Below are positions 20,055 to 29,059 of a DNA stretch of 64,000 nucleotides, in pieces. Position 1 is the first letter of the stretch, and every line of letters begins with the position of its first letter. The notes below the pieces were generated by a model. It was given only the letters and a program-made list of their open reading frames with translations, ran no database searches and had not been told where the DNA came from. The position numbers and the translations under genes were made by a program. Source of the DNA: Anaerolineae bacterium (GTDB taxonomy: Bacteria; Chloroflexota; Anaerolineae; UBA1429); NCBI GenBank assembly GCA_040772225.1, contig JAXGYO010000004.1:12233-76232 (forward strand), read 5' to 3'.

Positions 20055-20891
20055 CTACACCGTCCAGGTGATCAGCGCTGAACGCATCGAGGGCGGCCAC
20101 ACGAACTGCCCGCCGTCCCAGGTCAGCCGCTCGGTGAGCAAGCCCCGCAGGTAGTCGTCGTGCTCCGATGGCCCGTGCAGGCCCAGCTTGCGTTTGGTTT
20201 CGTCCAGCGCCTCTTCGATGGACGCGTTCTTCCACTCGCCCCAGGCGCCGGTGTTTTCCATCAGCACGTCGGGGAAAATGCCCATCTGCACGAGCGCGTT
20301 GTAGGCGATGGTCCCGTTAGGGCTGTCGTGCGGCTGGCCCCAGACCCGCATGGCCGCATCCGCCATGACGCCATCGGGCAGCGGCATGCGCACCAGCAGG
20401 CAGACCCGCCGCCGGGTGACGTCCAGAATGCGCCGCACAAAGTGCGGGAAATCGGGATAGCCGTACATGGCGTGTGCGCACAGCGTCACGTCATGTGGCT
20501 CTACCACGGCATCGGGCCATCCGCCGTACACCACCGAGACATTATCGAGTTCCCAGGAGGCGACATTCTCCTGAAGCACCTCCAGCATCGCTCTGGAAGG
20601 ATCGACGGCCGTCACGTGCCTGGCCTTTTGCGCCAGCAGCAACGTCCACGACCCGGTCCCCGCGCCGATGTCCAGCACGGTGGTGTCGCCATCCACCTGG
20701 CTCTGCACATAGTCGCGGCTGGAATCGGGACGGGCCCAGCGCCGCAGGACGCGCTCGTGAAACTGCCTCGCGCGTTCGCGCCAGGCATCGCCCTCTCCCG
20801 CATTGATCGTCGTCGGCTCCGGTGCGTGCGGGTCCTTGCGCGCCTCCGCAAGCTGTCGCCAGAGGCGGATGTAGTCAGTGATGGGTTCCAT
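20055..20891 (-). CDS. Class I SAM-dependent methyltransferase
   Basis: VLDIGAGTG and VTAVDPS..ML motifs; co-oriented downstream of the ABC genes. Confidence 0.85.
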   Translation of the reverse strand: MEPITDYIRLWRQLAEARKDPHAPEPTTINAGEGDAWRERARQFHERVLRRWARPDSSRDYVQSQVDGDTTVLDIGAGTGSWTLLLAQKARHVTAVDPSRAMLEVLQENVASWELDNVSVVYGGWPDAVVEPHDVTLCAHAMYGYPDFPHFVRRILDVTRRRVCLLVRMPLPDGVMADAAMRVWGQPHDSPNGTIAYNALVQMGIFPDVLMENTGAWGEWKNASIEEALDETKRKLGLHGPSEHDDYLRGLLTERLTWDGGQFVWPPSMRSALITWTV

Positions 20892-20902
20892 GTCTGCTCC
20901 AG

Positions 20903-20968
20903 TATTTCAGATTTCAGATTGCAGATTGCAAATCTAGGATTCTAGATGGCAGAGTGCAGATGCCAGAC
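20903..20968. repeat. 7-bp tandem repeats (CAGATTT/CAGATTG type) downstream of the four-helix-bundle gene
   Basis: ATTTCAGATTTCAGATTGCAGATTGCAAATCTAG...; inverted counterpart at 21552-21600. Confidence 0.75.
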
Positions 20969-20989
20969 GAAAGTGGTGTCTGTAATGCT

Positions 20990-21436
20990 TTAGCTGGGAT
21001 CGGATGGTTGTTCGATTACTGGCGATTGTATGTCATACTCGGCTAACGACTCTGCCAGTCTGTGGCCATCCGGACGAGAGTGCAGGTACGCGATGAACCC
21101 GTGCAACTGGCGGCTGCAGCTCCGCGCGGACTCTGAGACCTCATCAAGGGTCTCCTGGCTGATATAGCCAGCGTCCAGGGCGACATACAACTGCGCACGG
21201 ACTTCGCCCGCCGAGCCCTTTGCATAGCCGAGATACCGCTGGAACTGGGACGGACTGTCGCTCTCAAAGCCCTCGGCGATGTTGGACATGATGGAAACGG
21301 CCGATCGGCGAATCTGGTCACGCAGCCCATAGTCCCTTGACCACATGGATTCGCCAGTCAGTTCATAAACCCTGCGCGTGAGCAGGCGTGCGGTGACCCA
21401 AACGGGCAAATCCTCAAACTGCCGTATCGCTGCCAT
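20990..21436 (-). CDS. Four-helix-bundle protein (23S rRNA IVP / Avd-like family)
   Basis: FEDLPVW, DYGLRDQIRRSAVSIMSNIAEGF, YAKGSAGEVRAQLYVALDAGYI. Confidence 0.92.
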   Translation of the reverse strand: MAAIRQFEDLPVWVTARLLTRRVYELTGESMWSRDYGLRDQIRRSAVSIMSNIAEGFESDSPSQFQRYLGYAKGSAGEVRAQLYVALDAGYISQETLDEVSESARSCSRQLHGFIAYLHSRPDGHRLAESLAEYDIQSPVIEQPSDPS

Positions 21437-21551
21437 GTTCCCCCCTTTGGATGCTGCGCATCCCTGCTATTCATCCCCGCAGATGGCTTGAGACTGATCC
21501 GTGCTGCTGTGCGGCTTGACGAGCATTGTAGCAAGCCCGGTCGCCCAGTCG

Positions 21552-21600
21552 TAATCTCCCATCTGCCATCTGTAATCTGCAATCTGCAATCTGCGATCCG
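21552..21600. repeat. 7-bp tandem repeats (AATCTGC type) upstream of the four-helix-bundle gene
   Basis: CATCTGCCATCTGTAATCTGCAATCTGCAATCTGCGATCC. Confidence 0.75.
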
Positions 21601-21608
21601 CGCCCCCC

Positions 21609-22388
21609 TCACTCATGCACCATCACCATCTTGCGGCCTTCGACGTCGACGACCTGCACGGGGACGTCATAGGTGGCAGTGAGGAGTTTGCTGGTCATGA
21701 CCTCCGCGACGGGACCGTGGGCGATGACGCGCCCGTTGCGCATGAGCAGCACATGGGTAGCGATGGCGGTGGCGGCGTTGGGGTCGTGGGTGGTCCACAG
21801 GATGGTGCGCCCCTGGCTGCCCAGCGAGCGCATCACACCCAGCACGCGCCGGGCATTGGCCAGGTCCAGGTGCGAAGTGGGCTCATCCAGCAGCATCACC
21901 TCGGGCGCCTGCGTCAGGGCACGGGCCACCGTCGCGAGTTGCTTTTCGCCGCCGCTAAGCGACGTCACCGGACGGTGCGCCAGCGCCGCAATGCCCACGC
22001 TCTCCAGCGCCGACTGCGCCACGGCGCGGTCCTCCTCGCGCGGCAGCGACAACAGGTTCAGATAGGGGGCGCGGCCCAGGAGCGCGTACTCGAACACGTT
22101 CAGCTCAAAGGTGACGTGCTCGTCCTGGGGCACCAGCCCCATGATCTGGCTCAGCTCGCGCCGGCTGAACCCGTGCTGCGCGCGGCCGCCCACATGCACC
22201 GCGCCCGATTCCGGCTGCAGCAGCCCCAGCAGCACGTGCATCAGCGTGGACTTGCCGGACCCGTTGGGCCCCAGGATGGCGGTGATGCTGCCGGATCCGA
22301 TGGCGGCGGTCACGGCGTCGAGCGCGGGCTGGCCCTCGGGCACGTAGCGAAACGTCACCTGACGGATATCGATGGCCGGTGGTGTCAT
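21609..22388 (-). CDS. ABC transporter ATP-binding subunit (FecE/BtuD/MolC-like)
   Basis: GPNGSGKST, LSGGEKQ, LLDEPTSHLD, THDPN. Confidence 0.92.
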   Translation of the reverse strand: MTPPAIDIRQVTFRYVPEGQPALDAVTAAIGSGSITAILGPNGSGKSTLMHVLLGLLQPESGAVHVGGRAQHGFSRRELSQIMGLVPQDEHVTFELNVFEYALLGRAPYLNLLSLPREEDRAVAQSALESVGIAALAHRPVTSLSGGEKQLATVARALTQAPEVMLLDEPTSHLDLANARRVLGVMRSLGSQGRTILWTTHDPNAATAIATHVLLMRNGRVIAHGPVAEVMTSKLLTATYDVPVQVVDVEGRKMVMVHE

Positions 22389-22398
22389 GATCGTGCCC

Positions 22399-23433
22399 TC
22401 ACCGGCGCATCCCCGTGCCATCGCGGATCATCAGCGCCATAAAGATCGCCGCACCGAGCATCGACGTGAGAATACCCAGCGGCAGCTCACCCGTGAGGGC
22501 CGTGCGCGCGATGTCATCGCAAAAAAGGGTGAACACGGCGCCCAACAGCATGGCGCCGGGCAGCGCGCGCTGCGCATCAGAACCCACCCAGCGGCGCGCG
22601 ATATGCGGCACGATCAGCCCCACCCAGCCGATCAGGCCCGTCTTGGACACCACCGCGGCCGTGGCGAGCACCGCCGCCAGGAGCAGCACCAGGCGCTCCC
22701 GGCCCGCGGAGACGCCGAGCGAGTAGGCCGTCTCATCCCGCAGTGAGAGCAGATTAAGCCGCCAGCGCAGCAGCAGGATGACCAGCAGACAGGGCAACAC
22801 GACAGGTGCGATCTGCAGGATATCGGCCCAGGTGAGGCTCCAGAGGCCGCCCAGCATCCAGAAGGTGATCTCAGGAAGCTGCCGCAGCGGGTCGGCGGCG
22901 TACTTGAGCAGGCTGGTCCCCGAGGAGTACAACGCTGACACGGCGATACCGGCCAGCACCAGGCGCAGCACCCAATCCCCATAGCGGATCCGGGTGCCGA
23001 GCATGTAGGAGCTCACGAGGCCAAGGACGCCAAAGAAAGCCGCCGCCAGCTGGATGGTGAGCGGCGCGCCGCCCAGCGCCACGATGGCCAGCGAGGCGCC
23101 GAAAGAGGCGCCGGCGGAAACCCCCAGGAATCCAGAGTCCACCAGCGGGTTGCGAAAGATCATCTGAAAGCACACGCCCGAGGCGGCCAGCACCATGCCC
23201 ACCATCACGGCGCCCAGGATCCGCGGGAGGCGCAGATTCAGCACCAGCCGTTGCGCCAGCGGGTCGTCTGTGATCGCCGAGAGGGGCGTCCAGTATGGCC
23301 CGGGATAGCGCCCCAGAAAGAGTGACACGCCCGCCAGCGCCAGCAGCGCGATCGCCAGGATCGCCACACGCCGGCGACCCTGGCGTTCCTGCTCAGAAAC
23401 CCCGGGCAGTGGCTCCCTGCTGAGCTCAGTCAA
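22399..23433 (-). CDS. ABC transporter permease (FecCD/BtuC/MolB-like)
   Basis: LRLPRILGA, QMIFRNPLVD..FLGVSAGA, IGWVGLIVPHIAR, ELPLGILT. Confidence 0.92.
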   Translation of the reverse strand: MTELSREPLPGVSEQERQGRRRVAILAIALLALAGVSLFLGRYPGPYWTPLSAITDDPLAQRLVLNLRLPRILGAVMVGMVLAASGVCFQMIFRNPLVDSGFLGVSAGASFGASLAIVALGGAPLTIQLAAAFFGVLGLVSSYMLGTRIRYGDWVLRLVLAGIAVSALYSSGTSLLKYAADPLRQLPEITFWMLGGLWSLTWADILQIAPVVLPCLLVILLLRWRLNLLSLRDETAYSLGVSAGRERLVLLLAAVLATAAVVSKTGLIGWVGLIVPHIARRWVGSDAQRALPGAMLLGAVFTLFCDDIARTALTGELPLGILTSMLGAAIFMALMIRDGTGMRR

Positions 23434-24940
23434 CGTTCATCTCGAGCCGCGGCAGGATATGCGCGTCAAAGGCGGCACTATCCATCCCGTACATGTCACC
23501 AAACCAGGACCGCACGACAGCGTCCATGTCGATAGCATGAGGGGCGCCTTCTCCGAACAGGTCGGGATGCAAGCGTGTGGCCAGCCACTGCACGCCCAAA
23601 ATCCAGCGCGGCTCGGGCTGGTCCCAGCCAAAGACATCCCGCGGAAAGGCGTACAGCTCGTCATTCTGCACCGCCTGCAGTGCCGACCAGTTCTCATCTG
23701 CCTTGAGACCGTCGATCACCTCGCGCGGCTGCAGATCGTGGTCAACAATGACGAACAGCTTTTCGGGGTTCCATTGCGCGATCTGCTCAAAGTTTGTCAC
23801 CGTCCAGCCGTCGGTGGGCGCCGCGGCGTTCAGCCAGACAGCCTCGCCGCCGGCACGTACGACCTCAGCCGTCTGCATCCAGGCGCCGGCCGGAACCTTG
23901 ACGGCAATCTCGCCGCCGCGGCTGCTGTACGAAACCAGCAGCGTCCGCGGCTTGCTGGCGACATCCGCCAGCCCGGCGTCGATCTTGTCAAGCGCGCCCT
24001 GGTACCAGGCGGCGATCTCCTCGGCTCGGCCGGGGTTACCCAGCACGGCGCCGATATTGGCCAGATCGGTAAAGAAGGCGTCCATGCTCTCAAGATTGAC
24101 ATACAGGTAGGGAATCCCCGCCTCTGTCAGTCCCTTACCCGTTTCGTTCTCGATGATCCCCTTCATGATCACCAGGTCGGGCGCCATGGTAGCGATCTGC
24201 TCCACGTTCGGGTTCGCCGCCGTGGTCGGCACGCTATCAAAGACGGGGTCCACCATGGGGAGGAACTCGCTGGCGGTGGCAGCCCGCGATTCGGTCGCAG
24301 TCAGCCGCTCCCGGCCCTCCTCGAACATGTAGAGGATATGCAATGTCATGTGCGGCCCGGTTCCCACGACCATGATGCGGCCCGGCAGCGCGTCGAGCGT
24401 GACCGTACGGCCGGCAGCGTCCGTGAGCGTGAGGGGCTCATCCAGTGCGATGGGTTCGATACCCTGGGGGGCAGCCGATGTATCAGCCGCCTCCGGGCCC
24501 ACGATCTCCGCCACGTCCCGCACCCAGGTGCTCTTGGCCAGCGTGGGGATCAGGGCATCCAGCGTGCCCTCGTCCGAGTAGCCGAGCACGGCGGTGCCGT
24601 CCAATTCGGCAATGGTTACATTGGCGGAGTAGCCATCGCTGGCCACCAGGGATACCGTCTCGGGAAGTGTGCCGCCGCCGGCGTCTGCCGCGTCATTGAG
24701 CAGCGCCAGCAAACCAACCCCTGTAGCGGTGCGGTCGCCGGATGTGGCCGTCACCTGTTCCAGGGCCTGGAGATCGGCCAGCGCATAATCCACACCCAGA
24801 GCGGTGATGACGGTAGCCCCAGTAACACCGGCATCAACCTCAGCCACGGGCGCAACCGTCTCGGCAGACTGGCAGGCGGAGATCAGCAGGACGAACAACA
24901 AGAGGGTACTCAGAAGTAATCGAGAGGTTCGAGCTGACAC
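23426..24940 (-). CDS. ABC substrate-binding lipoprotein (class III, Peripla_BP_2) with an extra N-terminal sulfite-oxidase-like domain
   Basis: Lipobox LISAC; N-terminal domain with LVASDGYSA...WVRDV; then TDAAGRTVTL, NVEQIATMAPDLV, AVQNDELY, WLATRLHPDLF. Confidence 0.85.
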   Translation of the reverse strand: MSARTSRLLLSTLLLFVLLISACQSAETVAPVAEVDAGVTGATVITALGVDYALADLQALEQVTATSGDRTATGVGLLALLNDAADAGGGTLPETVSLVASDGYSANVTIAELDGTAVLGYSDEGTLDALIPTLAKSTWVRDVAEIVGPEAADTSAAPQGIEPIALDEPLTLTDAAGRTVTLDALPGRIMVVGTGPHMTLHILYMFEEGRERLTATESRAATASEFLPMVDPVFDSVPTTAANPNVEQIATMAPDLVIMKGIIENETGKGLTEAGIPYLYVNLESMDAFFTDLANIGAVLGNPGRAEEIAAWYQGALDKIDAGLADVASKPRTLLVSYSSRGGEIAVKVPAGAWMQTAEVVRAGGEAVWLNAAAPTDGWTVTNFEQIAQWNPEKLFVIVDHDLQPREVIDGLKADENWSALQAVQNDELYAFPRDVFGWDQPEPRWILGVQWLATRLHPDLFGEGAPHAIDMDAVVRSWFGDMYGMDSAAFDAHILPRLEMNVD

Positions 24941-25041
24941 GGTAGCAGTTCCTTCCTGATGAGTGTTCAGGAAAGGAAAAGAGGCGACGTCAGGCCGTAG
25001 AGCCGCGGGGGGTAATGCAAGCTCTCAGCGAAACATGCGCC

Positions 25042-25166
25042 ACCTTTCCTTTCCAAGCGCGGGAGGCGCCGGGGTTTCCCCCTGCACCCTTGAAGCAAAG
25101 CCGTAAGGCTTTGCTCGTCGGCCGCGCGCCATGCTTTGCAGTTTAGGACACGCGGCTCGAAAAGGT
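25042..25166 (-). ncRNA. Moco (molybdenum cofactor) riboswitch, copy 1
   Basis: Minus strand CCTTTTCGAGC...CCTAA...AGCAAAGCC-TTAC-GGCTTTGCT (P3)...AGGGTGC.GGGGGAAACCCC.GCGCCTCCCGCGCTTGGAAAGGAAAGG fits the Moco RNA consensus (CGAG, CCUAA, GGGU, GAAA loop, GCCUCCC, UGGAAAGG). Confidence 0.8.
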
Positions 25167-25239
25167 GGTCTCTATTGATTAGCCAAACTATACGATGACC
25201 GGGCAACACGTCAAGCACTGCGCCCGGCGCAGCATCAGC

Positions 25240-25725
25240 CTACTTGGCGCTGATGCTGACGACGTCGTCAACCCACGCGCTCTTGGCGACGGTGGGAATG
25301 ATCGCGTTGAGCTTGCCGTCCTCAACTACTAGAACCGCGGTGTCGTCGATCTCGGCCACGGTCACGTCAGCGGAATACCCATCGGACGCCACCAGGCTGA
25401 TCGTCTCTGCAGTAACTCCGGCGGCCTCCAGAACGGCCATCAGGCTGATACCGGTCACGTCCCCATCTTCAGTACTGGCGGTGGCTGTGGCAAGTGCCTC
25501 GAGCTCGGCCATACTGAAAGCCTTACCGGCGACCGTGAGCGCGGAGTCAGCGGCCGCCTCGGAGGCTGCGACTTCGTTCGCATCCTTGGTCTTGGCGCTC
25601 TCAATCAGAGCCTGAGCCGCAGGCGATGTGGCGGTGGCCCCGCCGTCGCCCGAGCAGGCCACCAGGGCGAGGGACAGCAGCATGAGGGCAACAACGAGCA
25701 AAGTGATAGTACGGGACTTGAACAC
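25240..25725 (-). CDS. Lipoprotein with a stand-alone sulfite-oxidase-like (Cys-less) domain
   Basis: GTG start after AAAGGAG; lipobox LVAC; TGISLMAVLEAAG...ISLVASDGYSADV...IIPTVAKSAWVDDV, clearly paralogous to the SBP N-terminal domain. Confidence 0.75.
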   Translation of the reverse strand: MFKSRTITLLVVALMLLSLALVACSGDGGATATSPAAQALIESAKTKDANEVAASEAAADSALTVAGKAFSMAELEALATATASTEDGDVTGISLMAVLEAAGVTAETISLVASDGYSADVTVAEIDDTAVLVVEDGKLNAIIPTVAKSAWVDDVVSISAK

Positions 25726-25821
25726 AGGTCTCCTTTCGCGGTCACGGATCATGTTATCGGGGATAGGGGCGCGGCGATGGCCCATAGAGGCAGATTACCC
25801 TGAAAGCCCATCGGTGCGCTT

Positions 25822-25942
25822 GCCTTTCCTTTCCATGGTGGGAGGCATCCGGGTTTCCCGGGACACCCTCGGCAGCGACAACCTAGCGCTGCGCCGGCGG
25901 TCAGGCCCTGTCATACGAATTAGGCCCAATCGCTCGAAAAGA
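25822..25942 (-). ncRNA. Moco riboswitch, copy 2
   Basis: Minus strand CTTTTCGAGC...GGCCTAA...GCAGCG-N-CGCTGC (P3)...AGGGTGTCCCGGGAAACCCGGATGCCTCCCACCATGGAAAGGAAAGG. Confidence 0.8.
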
Positions 25943-26193
25943 CATCAACGCGAACACAGCGAGTATAGCCGCAGCTTTTACATCCGTCAAATGGCGGACT
26001 CGCCGTCCGCGCTGGCGTGTTCACTCATCAAAAACCTGACTTTTGCTGGTCGAATCCGCCGGCTGACCAATGCCGGGTCGCGAGTCATCACATATATCAC
26101 AGTACCTTGCTCTATTCTACTAGGTATCGGGCGCCACGGCGAGCGCTCTTTGGTCGCCCTTGCAGCCAACAGCGTTGGTAACGGGGAGGTGCC

Positions 26194-26666
26194 ATGGGTA
26201 CACATACAGAAACCATCGATCTGGCGCACCGCCGTACCCTCAGGGCGCCTGTGGAGCGCGTGTGGCAGGCATAGACAGACTGCAGCATCCTGCGGCGCTG
26301 GTGAGGACAGCGCGAGTACACGTCACGGCACTGCGACATGGCCCTGAGGGTGGGAGGCAGCTATCTGTTCAGCGTGCAGGCGCCAGAGAGCCAGGGCGGC
26401 CAGATGTACTATTCCACCGGCCAGTACGAGGAGATAGACGCGCCCCGCCATCTGGTGTTCGGCGACTATTTCGCGGATTCCGGCAGCAACATCGTTCCCG
26501 TTGAGCAGAGGGGCATGGGCCAGGGTTCCCGGCTCAACCCCGCGTCATCCCGGACCTGACACCTCATGCCGGCGGCACGGTCATGACCATCCGGCATCCT
26601 GGCTGGCAGCCCGGGGGGATGGACGAGTCACTCGACAAGCTCGAGCGCATACTGGCCACTCTGTGA
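26194..26666 (+). pseudogene. SRPBCC/AHSA1-like domain pseudogene
   Basis: RTLRAPVERVWQA*TDCSILRRW*G...DMALRVGGSYLF...GQYEEIDAPRHLVF...ESLDKLERIL; two Trp codons mutated to stops and a disrupted 3' half. Confidence 0.75.
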
Positions 26667-26751
26667 TAGACCGTTCGGGCTTGCCTGCGCGGACGATGCC
26701 AGTAAACTGCCATTGGCAGCAGTTCACTGACTCGCTTCAGCAGGAGGCGCG

Positions 26752-27333
26752 ATGACAATCGATGACCCGTCCGCGGTATCGCCGGGCGAGATCTGCGACC
26801 TGCTTACGACCCTGCCCTCCGGCCGTCGCTGGCTCGGCATCCTCACAGGGTGGCGCGGCAGAGGCAAGACCACGTGGTGCAGCGCCCTCGCGAGTGTAGC
26901 CCGCGCGCGCGGCCTCGCCGTCGCCGGCCTGCTCTCACCGGGCATCTTTGACACGAACAGCCTGCCGGTGGCGGAGCGCATCAAGCTCCGCATCGATCTG
27001 GTTGACCTGGCGACGGGATACAGCCGGGTCCTGGCGACGCCCGGCGACCCCCATGCGGAGGGGCACGGGATGCGCTGGCACTTTATCCAGGAGACGATCG
27101 CGTGGGGCAATGCGGCCCTGTCATCGGCGGACGCCGCGGACCTGGTCATCATCGATGAGCTGGGCCCCCTGGAGCTGACCCACGGCCGTGGCCTGACTGC
27201 CGGTGTCGAACTGCTCGACGAGCACAGGTATTCCTGCGCCGTGGTCGTCATCCGGCCCGAACTGGTCGCGCAAGCGCAGGCGCGCTGGCCCGAGGCGGTC
27301 GTGCTTACGGTGCCGGCATGGGACGACGAATGA
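26752..27333 (+). CDS. Nucleoside triphosphatase (THEP1/DUF2478-like)
   Basis: Walker A ILTGWRGRGKTT, VAGLLSPG, LVIIDELGPLE. Confidence 0.8.
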   Translation: MTIDDPSAVSPGEICDLLTTLPSGRRWLGILTGWRGRGKTTWCSALASVARARGLAVAGLLSPGIFDTNSLPVAERIKLRIDLVDLATGYSRVLATPGDPHAEGHGMRWHFIQETIAWGNAALSSADAADLVIIDELGPLELTHGRGLTAGVELLDEHRYSCAVVVIRPELVAQAQARWPEAVVLTVPAWDDE

Positions 27334-27526
27334 GAGCGCAGTAACCCGCACCCCGTGTACCGAGTGTGAATCCCGAGCGGCAGCGTGCCCTTTGCTCCGC
27401 ATCGATTTGCGCAAGGAACTGCGCACGACCGCGGGCCGCGTCGCAGGGCTGGCGAGGGGGCGCCGCCCGCATCTGCTGCAGCATCTCGATCAGATCCTGT
27501 TCCCGGGGCTGTTTGCGATATCGCAT
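27305..27526 (-). pseudogene. Possible anti-sigma N-terminal remnant
   Basis: Overlaps the ECF end; DLIEMLQQMRAAPPR...AARGRAQFLAQ followed by abrupt degeneration. Confidence 0.3.
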
Positions 27527-27910
27527 CGTTGTTTCTCTTCCATCCAGAGACCGCGCAAGGCCTTGCGCAGATTCCGAAAAGCGTGCGTTTGCAGCGCGCG
27601 GGTGGCTTGAGCCGATCGGCCGAGGTACTCTGCCACCTGATTATGGGACCAGTCCTCCAGAAAACGGAGCTCCACCACGGTGCGCTGCTCCTCGGGCAGC
27701 CCCAAAAGGGCGCGGCGCAGTTGCTCCTGCCTCTGATGCTCCAGAAGGGCACGCTCAGGATCAGCTTCCCCTGCGGAAGGCCAGTCGTCGTCGATGGCTT
27801 CAGTCTGCCGGTGCGTCCGGTAGTGATCCACCTCCCGGTTATGCGCCGTGCGGTACAGATAGGCCCGCACATTGCCGCTGAGCAACCGGTGCCTCACCAC
27901 CTTCAGCAGC
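27490..27910 (-). pseudogene. 5'-truncated ECF sigma factor
   Basis: End of region 2 (RAYLYRTAHNREVDHYR) and region 4 (LPEEQRTVVELRFLEDWS..VAEYLGRS..ATRALQ) are present; the N-terminus is replaced by a tandem repeat. Confidence 0.75.
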
Positions 27911-28062
27911 CGGCCCTGGAGCGCCGGCCCTGGAGCGCCGGCCCTGGAGCGCCGGCCCTGGAGCGCCGGCCCTGGAGCGCCGGCCCTGGAGCGGCCCCTG
28001 GAGCGCCGGCCCTGGAGCGCCGGCCCTGGAGCGCCGGCCCTGGAGCGCCGGCTTTAGCCGGT
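27909..28062. repeat. 14-bp tandem repeat GCCGGCCCTGGAGC (about 10 copies) ending in REP GGAGCGCCGGCTTTAGCCGG
   Basis: Directly visible; abuts the RAYT2 stop codon. Confidence 0.88.
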
Positions 28063-28689
28063 ATCCCCTCCCCTCGTTCGCGTCCCGTCCTGCTGATCCT
28101 GTGTCAGGAGCGCATGGAACATCGAATCTACCGTCTCCACGCGCCTCGCACTCCCAAACCGCCACTCCCGCGGGTCTGACACCAATCCAGCCTTGACCGG
28201 ATTGTTGTGCACATAAAGCACCGCGCGCTGGAGATGATTCTCATCCCGAATGTACCGGTCATAATACTCCCGCGCCCAAACGCCGCCCTGTCGCCCCAAC
28301 ACGAGGTTAGCTTGCCTCGCTGTGCCACCTTTCCAGCTCTGCAGGATGCGCGCCAGCGACCACTCGCCCAGCGCTTCGATCAGAACGTGGACATGATTGG
28401 GCATCACCACCCATGCCAGGAGCACGTACCGGGAACCATCACCAGCCAGTAGCGCCTCCTCGACCACCTCCGCCACGCGCGGATCCCTCAGAAGGCAAGA
28501 GCCCGCACCTGCGTCCATCAGGCGTTGGGCACGCGCTCGCCCGGACACGTCTGCCTCGCCCTCGGAGGCCATCAGAGAAAGCAGAGCAGCCGGGAGACTG
28601 TCCACCAGGCGGAAGGTAATGGCCTGGATCAGCCCCGGCTCATCGCGGTGCGGCAGACGGCGGCGGTACCAGCCCTTGTGCTCTGTCAT
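28054..28689 (-). mobile_element. REP-associated tyrosine transposase (RAYT), copy 2
   Basis: RRLPHRDEPG, ITFRLVDSLP, VVMPNHVH, WAREYYDRYIRD, YVHNNPVKAGLV; close paralog of copy 1. Confidence 0.9.
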
Positions 28690-28864
28690 TGCACCCAGTC
28701 CTTCCTTTGGCGGTCAGCGCCCACTTACGGCAACAGACCTGGAGTGCTATCTGTAGCGGGCCAGCTATGCGCCTGGCGGACCGCCCTCGCGCTACCGCAT
28801 TGAATGCGCGTCTTGCACTATTGCCCACCGTATGCAGACGCCTGAACCGGTCAAGCCAGCGCTT

Positions 28865-29047
28865 GTATCCTGAGGGGAGCCGGCGCTCGTGGTGAGCCTG
28901 TCCTACGCCGCCATGGTTGGGGAGGAACGGGCACTCGTCCGGCAGTTCGGCGCAGCCTATCAGGGTTATGTGGGCTACGTACCCAGGGCCAACGCCATCG
29001 CGGGCGTGACTAGACTCCGCCGCCGGCGCAGCGCCGGTGTCAGGTAG
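28865..29047 (+). pseudogene. 3' remnant of an isoprenylcysteine-methyltransferase-family gene
   Basis: PALVVSLSYAAMVGEERALVRQFGAAYQGYVGYVPR fits the EE..L...FG..Y..Y...VPR motif. Confidence 0.6.
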
Positions 29048-29059
29048 TGGCGCCAGGCC

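Noticed and set aside
25042-25942. Cobalamin riboswitches upstream of a Btu-like transporter
   Set aside because: B12-box and GCCACUG elements are absent; the conserved blocks fit the Moco motif
26194-26340. Stop-codon recoding (Sec, Pyl or alternative code) in the SRPBCC gene
   Set aside because: TAG and TGA both replace conserved Trp (TGG) codons, the 3' half is also broken, and both codons act as normal stops elsewhere
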